Source: Basidiobolus meristosporus CBS 931.73
Taxonomy: Eukaryota; Fungi; Basidiobolomycota
DNA length: 52,833 bases
Direction of reading: 5' to 3'
NCBI GenBank assembly: GCA_002104905.1
Contig: MCFE01000614.1
Span: forward strand, 1-52,833
Positions within the stretch are counted from its first letter, which is position 1, and each line of letters opens with the position of its first letter. A program made the position numbers and the translations under genes. A model generated the notes under the pieces. That model was not told the DNA's origin. It made no database searches and saw only the letters and a program-made list of their open reading frames with translations. Of the stretch, positions 26,031 through 37,008 are shown piece after piece.

Positions 26031-27608
26031 GCATTGCACCTACTTGTAATATTTGCAGCATGTGCGTAGTTGGATACAGCTATTATGGTTTGTAAAATCC
26101 GGTATTTGGTCATGTTTCTTTAATGAAAATTGAAATAAATGAGTATCACACTATAAACTACACTGGTTCTTACCTTCTTGGTAACTATCACTCCAATTGG
26201 ATGGTATCTCAGTGGTTAATTGGTCTAAACATAACCCAAAGCTGTCAGCCCCTAATTGGCGCTTTGACCAATACACAAACTACCTGATTTATCATCACAT
26301 ATCACATCTTGCCCATTAAGCAAGTAAATCCCTGATCCTAGTGATTGGACATGGTGCATAGCTAGCAAGCCACAAATTGAATAGGTCCAAAACAGATTAA
26401 ATGGCGGTACTGGTGTTACACATGATATATATATGCAGGGTGATTAATTATAGGGGCTCTGTCTCAATTTTGAGACAACCTTGATATTACTTATACCCAA
26501 AATTGAGTGATCACTGATTTGCAATGGCTTGATTTTGATTGCAAAAAAAATGTGTGTTAGGATCACAACAAATAATGGCAATTAAATGCAATTGCATCAT
26601 CTTGTCATAGGTTTTTTTCTCACAGAGATTACTACTAAATGCCTTAGTTGTAACTGGCTTTGCACACCTAAACTACTTCCTTGCTGACTTTCATCTTGGC
26701 TACTTGTGTATTTGTGGTCAGTATTTTGCATCCTAGTTGATGAGTGCAATGCTGCAACTTGGCCACACTTAATTGCTCCAGATGATGCTACCAAACTGGC
26801 CTGCAGTGCTACGTGCTCACACATTCTTTTACTTGCCAAAGGCACTCAGGTGGAGGCACTTCATAAGGGTCATCATTGGTCAGTTCACCAGAAGTAACTT
26901 ACTGATGGCCTGGTGTAATGGCACATTGTTGATTTCAATCCTTGTCTTGCTTTATATCTTCTTACATACATCTGCTGACATCTTCATGTAGAGCTCATGC
27001 ACAGCTTTCTACTCAGGTTCTGCCATCTCTGTCAACTCTCTGAGGTATCTAGTTCTGCTTAATTAATGAGTAGTGCCCAAATATCTGTATGAAGGCTCAT
27101 TGTAGACACTTGGGCCATACTAAAATCCCTTGGCAAGAACTCAAATAGATCCAACATTGACTTCTCCTGTCTGGACCACAATTGTGAGCTGGGGATGGGT
27201 TTTGTCTGGTTTGTACTAAAGATGAGTTGAGACTTGGTATAGTGACCATAGTGACAGATTTGGATACTTATACAGTAGTGTACTGGCATCAACCTGGTCT
27301 TATATGAAATATATATGAAAACTAATGTGATTGTTGAAATTTCCATATATTCTGCATGATGCATATTAGATTGCATTGACACAGATTGGATCACATCAAT
27401 TGCAGATTTCCTATTTGATTTTTGACTTGTGAGTAAAGCAATGATAAAAATATCAAGTCACTTCTTGAGGATGACTTCTGCAACATAATGATGGGATGCA
27501 TGGCAATTGATGGTGACTTAATCTTAATGCATGAAAAATCAGATAAATAATGCTGATTGTGGCAAATCAATTCAAATCACTTCAGCTTGATCATATTCCA
27601 TACTTAAT

Positions 27609-28499
27609 ATGTCTTACTCATCTGAATGATCTTTTCTCATCAATCCCATCACCACCACTGGATTTCCTTTTGACACACTAGAGGAGATCTATGCCAAGTA
27701 CTGTGGATTATCTACCCAATTTACTCAAGGAGATCCCTTTTTAAGCTTCTCTGCTGTTACAAGAACTATTGCCCTACAAGGTTTCATCCCACCATTCACG
27801 GCAACAAAAGTCCTAGAAACTTTCATTCTCAGCAGAGAGCAATGAAGAACTACCTTGCAGAGGGTATGAATGACTTAGAGCAAGCTTGGAATACTAGGTT
27901 TAGAAGCTCAAATAGAATTCCATATCCCAGAGTGTTCAGCAACAGGTTCAATGTAAGAAGCATCTTGGATACCTTCCCAGTCAGGATTAACAGACCTTCT
28001 AGCAGGCAGAGGCACTTTTATTCTGTCAAGTACAAGGCACACTGTGTGAAGTTTCATGCACTGTCTGATATTGAGGGTAACATCATCTGGTTTAGCGGGC
28101 CACTTGCTAGAAGATTAAAATAGGCATGACAAAGCACTCTTGGTAGAGAATCATTCAGAATTCAGTAGTGGGGAGAAATCTATGGTAGACCTAGCTTATT
28201 TAGAAGAGGATTGTCAGAGATTAGGATGTATTACAGCTTGTAGGAAGCCAAGGAATGGTATGCTTAGCAGGAAGCAGAAGCTCTACAATTAGATATTTAA
28301 TCATTTCAGAGGGAGGGTAGAGCATACATTTGGATATCTGAAGAGATTCAGCATATTGGCAGGTAACCACAGAGGAAAGTCATATATAGAAGAAAACAGC
28401 AGAATAGGTAAAATAGTCAAGATACTTATTAATGCACAGTGTTTTCATACAAGAAGACATCCACTGAGAGAAATGTGTCTGGAGGATTATGAAGAGTAA
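27609..28499 (+). pseudogene. DDE transposase pseudogene of PHIS copy B
   Basis: Homologous to 35767-36650 (SILDTFPVRINRP, ALSDIEGNIIWFSGP, RVEHTFGYLKRF). Premature TGA at codon 7 and frameshifts; C-terminus ...HPLREMCLEDYEE* in frame. Confidence 0.88.
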
Positions 28500-28952
28500 A
28501 AATGCAGGGAAAGCACTATTCTGAGCAATATAAGTATGATTGGGTAAAATCATAAGTAACTATATCCTACCACTGGCATTATGGTAGAAATTATAGTGCC
28601 AGATAGTGCCATGGGGTGCCAGATTGATCCAGCACCACAAACAGGGTAGCACTATGTGGCACTACCCAACAGAACAAGTCTATTGAATTAACAATTTGTC
28701 TTAACATTGAGGCAAATGTGGTTAATGGCACTTTGCTCTTGCCTGTGGCACTTTGTGACTTCCTCTCCCACACTTTTAGGAGGGCATTATTCTCTTATGA
28801 CAATATCCCAAAGGCCACTTTCTTGTAGCAACATATTCATCTTCAACTTCCACAAATGGTAGTTAAATCCCTCCAACTCTTCAGTAGAGAGAAAAATTCC
28901 ATTAATAGCAGAAGTAGATATTGCAGAGAGTGACAGCTTGGGGCTCATAACC

Positions 28953-29301
28953 TGTTGTAAGAGTCTTAGGGATATCAGAAGTGATTAGGGAGGACAAGTG
29001 GATTATGTGTTTTCACTTAATGACTTGTTAAATGTAAAGGTAGTATTTATACTTTTACATAGTCTTGGCATAACCAACATGTAGAATAGGTTACAAAAGG
29101 CTCAAAGAACATGTGTGCAAAGTTTGGGGCTGTTTGGATAACTTGGAGATTTTTCATGTTGTGGGTATCTGGTATTTTGGTGAAAATATTCCAAGTAAAT
29201 CCTGACAAGGAATTTGGTCAGTAGTCTCCAGGATTTGAAGGTAATAATCTAAGTGACTAAGTTAGGTGAGTATTTAGGTGGAATTACAAACTTTTGTAAC
29301 A
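28953..29301 (-). repeat. 5' LTR of Copia family 1 element
   Basis: 349 bp, roughly 85% identical by eye to 18715-19063 (mostly transitions), adjacent to the PBS. Confidence 0.9.
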
Positions 29302-29590
29302 AAATATATTAAAGAATAGATCACATGGGAATAGCCAAGAGTCAGCTTGTGATGCAGCTAGGTTATGTGACATGCAAATATCATATATAGTATTGGGCTA
29401 CATTAATTCCAAAGGGAGCTTCCATAGAATGCTTTATTGTGTAACATTGACTTGGAGCTTTCCAGAAGTTGCTAGAATGCAGTAGAACATTCTAGAAGGA
29501 ACTGGGATTTCTTCACCAACATGATTTGGTCAAATCATGAAAGGTTAAAGATGTTATGTGATCATGACAACAAGTACAGCCAGATATCAT

Positions 29591-31500
29591 TATAGAAGTA
29601 CCAAGTGGTCAGCAAGATATTGTTGGTATAGTAGTAACTGGTGAATGGTCAAAAGTTACTTGTGTGGCAAAACACTGGCTGTAATCCTTGTAATAGTTCC
29701 TATGCTGTGTGTGTGCTTCATGACTGAGAGGCTTGCTACAATAGCCACATGGTCTTCCTTCTCTTCTCTTGGCGTATTAAATCAAAGTAGTCTTGTCCAT
29801 TGGGCAAACAGCTTATACTTATCAACATAAAGCTGTTATAACCTTTTTTGTCAATACTCATGTGAGTATAAAACAGTCTTGTATTTGAGACATTGCACCA
29901 ACATGAATAGAAGATTCAATGCTGACCCACCATAGTAAGCACTATAAATAAAGTTGTGACACCACATACACACTTATATGTAACAACATTCCCCCTTTGA
30001 TTTGACTCACTTCCATACATATACTGCCAAAAAATAAAGCAAAGTTGTTGGGTTCCCAACCAAACCCCACCACTGAGAGCAGCAGAAGAACAGTTGGACA
30101 ACAGCTTGCTTTGACATTCAGTGCAACAAGCAGGGCTACAACCAAAAAAGGCCCTGTAGATAGTGTGCCCACTGAAGGGAATAATGCGGACACCTCAGGC
30201 TCTCAGTCAAGTAGGCAATTGGGAATCTCTGCAGAGCAGCAAGCTGACCATATTGCTGAGGCAAATGAGAATGTAGCAAAATCAGTACCTTCACTTGAAG
30301 ACCAGCAAATGGCTGTCTTAATGTCACCACCACCTCTATTAGCAAGTATGTTGTCAGCTCAGAATCAAGCATTAATGAAGCAATTAGGTGCAGTGGCTGA
30401 TAAGAGATATGTAATAGCTTTGAGAAATCAGGAAATAGTTCAGAAACAGGATAAGCAGATAAAAGGTGTAGGGCTATCAATATTCCAGGTAGAGAAAGCA
30501 GTATCTTTGCTGCAAAGAAGAAACTCAAGTAGCTCAATGTCACAGCCAAGAATTGAGCCATTTCCCAATGTAACAGCAGAGGAGCATCATACACTCTTAG
30601 AAGCACAACAACAGTGCCCAAAGATGAAGCCCACAGAAAACCTATGACAGCATGGGAGGGTGAAAATGTAGTGCTTATACCTAAGCCTAAAAGTCAAAAG
30701 CCATTGGAGATACATGAGCTGTTAAAGCAATGATAAAGAATGGGCTAATATTCACAAGGCCACCAAAAGTCCAGCATGCCAACACCTCAAGGCTGGCACA
30801 CCATGGGGCCATCAGGAACTCAAGGCCAAGCAGAATGCACTTGACTTGTTGCATGAGCATTATCATGGATTCAAACAAGCAAATGGGTTCTGGGCCAGCA
30901 TTGGTATGCTAAGAAAGTATCTGCACAATAGCAGAAACTATCAAAGGCAGAAGTACAAGGGTGCAATGGCCAAAAACCAGTGGCTTCCTCAGGAGCCTGT
31001 TACAAGAAGGGCCAAAATCTCTAAACAAGCCTCAAAGAGGCATCAGGTAGCTGGAAGTGTGCCAATAAGGGAAAAGCAGGCAGACACTGATGCACCAGCA
31101 CAACATTTGTCAAGGAAAAAGTGTAGTATCACTCAAGAAGCACTCAGTGAAAGTAGCAGTGAAGGACCTGGTAGTGATAAAAACAAGTAGCTACCTCAGG
31201 GCCCATTACTGCATGGACTGAGAGCTCAAAAGCAGCAGGAAAGAAGCATCAAGATGCCTGCAGATAGCCAGCAAGGGACAAGCAGGCCAAAACAGAGACA
31301 TCAGAGCAGCATTTATCCGGGAGAAAATGTAGTTCATTACAGGAAGCATTCAGACAAAGTAGCAGTGAAAGACCTGGCAGTAATAAAGGAAAAGGTAAAG
31401 GGGAAAAAGTCTACTCAAGCCTGAGACAGGAATGTGTAAGAGAAAAGCTGCAGTTCTAGCCAATTATGATAGTCAGCCTGGAACAGACTGAATCCCATCA
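29591..31500 (+). pseudogene. Degraded accessory gene of unknown function, probably the second gene of the CACTA-like element (copy 1)
   Basis: Broken ORFs 30045-30647 and 30846-31190 (...DLLHEHYHGFKQANGFWASIGMLRKYLHNSRNYQRQK). Its inverted homolog 31950-32998 abuts the CACTA-like transposase at about 33000. Confidence 0.5.
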
Positions 31501-31548
31501 TAGCCAAAAAGAATTACCAACATGGAAACAGCTCCCTATGAAAATTAT

Positions 31549-31940
31549 TGTAATGATCCTGTCAAAAGGCCGTCACAAATATAAAGTCACGTGACTAAGA
31601 AGTACTGATTCCATCAGAATACTGTCCAGAGATCATTGAAAAATAATCCCACTCCAGATTTCACAAAAAACCTAGTCAAAATTTTTCATCACAAGGATAT
31701 ATAAGTGGCTCTTGATTAGTTCCCTGCCTATTTGCTCACTTTGTGATCCCAGACACTCTATCACCTCCTGCATTTGTGTGCATTGATTGCCTATTGCCTC
31801 TTTCTCACACTCCTTACTTCCTGACTCAACCATTACTCTTATTTTTCATGCATACAAATTGATTTATTTCCCTTGACACTTTGGTCATACCTCAATTGCC
31901 AATTGTATTGACCTATGCAAGTCCCTTTACCCTACGCTAC
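31549..31940 (+). repeat. About 390-bp interspersed repeat, possibly a solo LTR of a third family
   Basis: Begins TGTAATGATCCTGTCAAAAGGCC; inverted homolog at 39212-39604. Confidence 0.55.
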
Positions 31941-31949
31941 CTAGGTCTT

Positions 31950-32998
31950 TATGTGAGCTTTATCTTTGGGCACTGTTGTTGTGCTTCAAAGACTGTACAG
32001 TGTTCCTCTGCTGTCACATTGGGAAATGGCTCAATTCTTGGCTGTGGCTTTGAGCTACTTGAGTTCCTTCTTTGTAGCAAAAATACTGCTCTCTCTACCT
32101 GGGAAATTGATTGTTCTACATGTATTATCTGCTCATCATGTTTCTGGACTATTTCCTGATTTTTCTGGGCCATTGCATCTATCCTATAAGCTACTACACC
32201 TAATTGCTTCATTAATACTTTGGTATGAGCTAACAACACACTTGCTAATATTGATGGTGGTGATGTTATGATGGCCACTTGCTGGTCTTCAACTGAGGGT
32301 ACTGTGCTTGCTACATTCTCATCTGTCTGAGCATAATGGTCAGCTTGTGGCTCTGCAGAGGTACTCCATTGCCTACTTGACTGAGAGCCCAAGGAGTCCA
32401 CATTATTATCACCAGTGGGCACACCATCAACATCATCTTTTTTGGATGTAGCCCTGCTTGTTGCACTGAATGTCAAAGCAAGCTGTTGTCCAATTGTTCT
32501 TCTGCTGCTGTCAGCAGTGGGGTATGGTTGGGAACCAGGCAACTTTGCTTTATTTTTTGGCAGCATATATATGCAAGAGAGTTAAACCAAAAGGGATTTG
32601 GTGTTACATAAATTTGTGTATTTGGTGCCACAACTTCATTTATAATGCTTACTATGGCAGGTCATCATTGAATTGTACATTTGTGTAGGTGCAATTTCTC
32701 AAGTACAAGACTGTCTTAAATTCACATGATTATTGACAAAAAAGTGATATAATAGCATTACATTGGGGAAGGTCAAACTGTTTGCACTATGGACAAGACT
32801 ACTTTGATTCAATGCCGTAAGTGAAGAGAAAAATGACCATGTGGCTATTGTAGCAAGCCTCTCAGCCATGAAGCATGCAGACAGCATAGGAAGTTTTAGA
32901 AGGATCATGGCCAGTGTTTTGCCACACAAGTAAAATTTTACCATTCATCAGTCACTACTATACCAACACTATCTTGCCAGCCAGTTGATACTTCTATA
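31950..32998 (-). pseudogene. Second, 3'-truncated copy of the CACTA-associated accessory gene
   Basis: ORF 31949-32566 is a clear paralog of 30045-30647 (SSRRT.GQQLALTFSATSRAT.KK; QPRIEPFPNVTAEEH). Nucleotide homology extends to 29591. Confidence 0.6.
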
Positions 32999-33017
32999 TT
33001 GGCACCTGGCCATCTTT

Positions 33018-35450
33018 GCCACCTTGCACAAACTGAGTTTGGTGAGTTTGTGATGTCTTTAAGCCCACCTCAGCCTACTGAAAATGGCATGCAGAGTGAT
33101 AGCTCTGACAAAGAAGGTTCACTGATGGATTGTGAGCCTATCTCCCCTAACAACAGTACCATGCATGAGCCTGTTCAAATCCTAATATGTAATGAGACAA
33201 CACCAGTTGAAACAAATGCAAGCACACTTTATGGAGCCAAGTGGGCCCAGTAATCCATCTACTGGCAAATGCTGTAATGTTGTGGCTAGAGAAGTGGCAA
33301 GTCTCCACTAATATCAGTAATGGGGGCATTGAGGATTTATTACTACTTCTTGCCAAAATTATTCCAAGATGCAACTTACCATGTACATGATACAAGTGGG
33401 CAACTGTCATATGGCTGGCAGCATATGACCCAGAGACTCTTCTGATTCCATCATGTGTTAACAGTTGCATGGCATTCACATCCAAAAAAATGATGGTGGT
33501 CTCACTGGTATCTGGGTTTAAATCACTGTCCAACCTGTATAGCTACCTGTATCTGTTGCAATATGAGTTTTTTATGCTTTCCAGCAGGATAACAGCAAAT
33601 GGCAATCATGTAAAAGTGCATATTATTACTTGCATTGCAGATGCCCCTGCCATCAGCAAGATAGCAGGTTTTTCCAGGCACAATGGATGGTATTGCTGTC
33701 AAATGTGTGAGATCCAGGGAATTTACTCCATAACTCACACACATTATTATTACCCAAACACCATCACTAAAAACATCATCTTGCCACAGAGAGAACATAC
33801 AGAAGTCAGCATGCAATTGCAGCAAAGTTGCCAAGCTATAAGCCATTGGCCAGAATATGGAATTAATCAGAAACTGGAGATACTTAAGATAGTGGGTATC
33901 TGTTTGAGCAAAAGCTTTTCACTGGGAGCAAGGCATTTGCTTTTCAACAATGTCCCTATACTAATGACCAAGTTGTTCATGGGGGATTTCAAGTTCAATG
34001 AGCCCTTGAAGATACCGGAGAAATTTGAACAAACTGGCAAGATATTACAGAGTATCTGCTACCCTAGGTAATTTGCATGTGCCCCAATCAATATTCATAT
34101 GCAACAACACAAATTCAAAGACTGGATGAACTGGATATGTATTTATTCAAGTGGTGTTCTGAAGCCATTCCTAGCAAGAGTACATTGAAAGCATTGGGAG
34201 TCATATGTGGACATTGTAGGAATATTTATCCAGAAGCAGATCACAATGCCAACTTGACACATCTAAAGCTGTTGTGTGAGGAGTTTGTAACAGGATTTGA
34301 GTGGCTATACTACAAACATAAAGCTAAACACGTAGATCTCTGCTGCTGCTGTATTCATTTTCTACTCCATCTTGCTTGGTGTGTGGAGAATATTGGGCCC
34401 TGCTTCACCTTTTGGGATTTTCCTATGGAGCACATGTATGGGGAGATAGGAAGACAAGTCAAGTCACAGGTACTACCATATCCCAATCACATCAAGGTTA
34501 TCACCTTCAGGTCTGTCATGAATGTGATGAGCTGGCACATGGAGGACAGCCAGGCAGAGTTGGAAAATACTGAGGACAGATGTGCACATGGAGACACATA
34601 TGCCCATGGCATTAAAAGCTAAGCAGTCCTAATGCATGGATAATCAGTTAAGTAATGCAAACTTGGGTTGGGTGCAATAAGCAACTAATTTTTATTAGAA
34701 AAACTCTATCAAGGTATGCCAAATTTCTTGTGGTTACAAGCCAACTTCTACACCATTCAATACAAAATTCACACAAACAAGAGCCAGAGCACACCTATGG
34801 GGGGGGACTAGAATCCAGCAGGGAGAAGGAATATATTGGCTAATACTGAGAAGTTCTGTGCAGATATTCAGAATGTATTCATGTCAGAAGTGACAACAAC
34901 CAAGCATATGTTTGCAAGATGTATATGTCACCAGCAGTACAAGGTATATGGCAGCTTTGCAAGTATCATGCTAAAAAGTCTGTAAAGTTGAGGTGATAGA
35001 AGTGTGTTGATTACAGCAGGTGTGCGCATTTGTAGAGGTTAGTAAGCAAGAGGCCATAGTCTTTTTTATTCAAACTAAGTGTGGAATACCCAAGGTAGTA
35101 GTGGGTAAGTAAATAAACAGGGGTGATTCTAAAGTGGAATATATGAATTGCACAAGGTGAGGTAGAAAAAGGAAATACCATTGGGTAAATTGGCATGGTT
35201 GCATTATACAGAACTAACTGTAGGTCACCATGCTGCCTTAATAATGCGTTCAGATTAATGCTGTGAGGCATTTGATAGACTGTCAAGTTTTTGGCCATTT
35301 AAGGCAATTGTATGTCCTGGCTGGTTAGATCCATTTAAAATTGTTGTAGAGTGCTACAAGACTGCAACAATGCCATTCAATATTGTCACAGCACCAATCA
35401 AACCCTGTTAAGTTTAGAACTTTATTTGGTAGTAAAATCAGCAATAACAA
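33018..35450 (+). pseudogene. CACTA/EnSpm-like transposase pseudogene, copy 2
   Basis: IADAPAISKIAGFSRHNGWYCCQMCEIQG; HFLLHLAWCVENIGPCFTFWDFPMEHMYGEIGRQVKS. Inverted homolog of 15525-18455. Confidence 0.62.
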
Positions 35451-35766
35451 TGTCAAGAACTCAAAAGGTTATCACAATGCCTTTGGAGGAGTGTTGGAAC
35501 ATTAATAGGCACACCAGGAGGTTGCAGCACTTCTTCAAGAGCAGTGCGCAAGAAAACATACTTGTATATTGCATGGACTTATTAGACTTGTTCCGTTGGA
35601 TAGTGCCACATAGTGCCAGCCTGTTTATAGTGCTGGATTGATCTGGCACTCTAAGGCACTATCTGGCACTATAATTTCTACCATGATGCCAGTGGTATGA
35701 TACAGTTACTGGTAATTTTACTCAATCTTACTTATGTTGCTCAGAATAGTGCTTTCCTTGCTTTAT

Positions 35767-36650
35767 TTACTCTTCATAATGCTCCAGACACATTTCTCTC
35801 AGTGGATGTCTTCTTGTATGAACATACTGTGCATTAATAAGTATCTTAACTATTTTGCCTATTCTGCTGTTTTCACCTATATATGACTTTCTCTGTATTT
35901 ACCTGCCAATATGCTGAATCTCTTCAGATATTCAAATGTGTGCTCTACCCTTACTCTGAAATGATTAAATATCTCATTGTAGAGCTTCTGCTTCCTGCTA
36001 AGCACACCATTCCTTGGCTTCCTATAAGCTGTAATACATCCTAATCTCTGACAATCCTCTCCTATATAGGCCAAGTCTGCCATACATTTCTCCCCTCTAC
36101 TGAATTCAGGATGATTCTCTACCCAGAGTGCTTTGTCATGCCTACTTCCAGCAAATGGCCCACTAAACCAGATGATGTTACCCTCAATGTCAGACAGTGC
36201 TTGAAACTTCACACAGTGTGCCTTGTACTTGCCAGAATAAAAGTGCCTCTGCCCTCTAGAAGGTCTGTTAATCCTCACTGGGAAGGTATCCAAAATACTC
36301 CTGATATGGAACCTGTTGCTGAATACTCTGGGATATGGAAGTCTATTGGAGCTTCTGAACCTAGTATTCCAAGCTTGCTCTAAGTCATTCATACCCTCTG
36401 CAAGGTGGTTCTCCATTGCTGTCAGCTGGGAATGAAAGCTTCTAGGACTTTTGTTGCCATGGATGGTGGGATGAAACCTTGTAGGGCAATAGTTCTTGTA
36501 ATAGCAGAGAAGCTTAACAAGGGATCTCCTTGAGTAGATTGGGGTTGATGGTCCACAGTACTTGGAATAGATCTCCTCCAGTGTGTCAAAAGGAAATCCA
36601 GTGGTAGTGATGGGATTGATGAGAAAAGACCATTCAGATGAGTAAGTCAT
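35767..36650 (-). pseudogene. Harbinger-type DDE transposase, one 1-bp deletion near the C-terminus (257-aa ORF; 294 aa if restored)
   Basis: Catalytic motifs ILDTF, SRHD, MADLAY, RVRVEH are intact. Copy A reads AGAGAAAGTC where copy B reads AGAGGAAAGTC; adding the G gives ...RGKSYIGENSRIGKIVKILINAQYVHTRRHPLREMCLEHYEE*. Confidence 0.88.
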
Positions 36651-37008
36651 ATTAAAATTGATGGATGATTGTATGGAGGTGGTTTGAATTGATTCGGCGC
36701 AATTGGCCTTATTTTCTGATTTTTAACACATTATGGTTAAATCTCCATCAATTGCCATGTATCCCATCATTGTGTCGCAAAAATCATCTGCAAACAATGC
36801 CTTGGTACTTTTATTGATGCTTTAATCATATGTCTATAATCAAATAGGAAATCTGCAATTGATGTGATCTGATCCGTGTCAACGCAATCCGAGATGCATC
36901 ATGCATAATATATGGAAAATTCAACAATCACTTTAGTTTTCATATATATTTCATATAAGACCAGGTTGATGCCAATATACTGCTGTATAAGTATCCAAAT
37001 CCGTTGCT

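Larger units (their letters stand above)
20915..28681. mobile_element. PHIS/Harbinger-like DNA transposon copy B (degraded, about 600-bp deletion in ORF2, carries nested Gypsy)
   Basis: Ends AGGCTTGTTCC and AGAACAAGTCT with ATT on both sides. Inverted homolog of 35584-39013. The empty site GCTCTTGAGCATTGAATTA is present in the paralogous Copia at about 40271-40289. Confidence 0.9.
18715..29301 (-). mobile_element. Ty1/Copia family 1 element, internally deleted (about 2.8 kb without nested inserts)
   Basis: Two 349-bp LTRs, perfect 5-bp TSD AAATA (18710-18714 and 29302-29306). PBS GGTTATGAGCCC (28941-28952) and PPT TGAGTGGGAG (19064-19073), both on the minus strand. Gag N-terminus (NYHLWKLKM..LL..SGLWDIV), protease (WYIGCGAFQH), RNase H (EAAKEAIWLRKL...KHIDI...ADILT). 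Confidence 0.92.
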
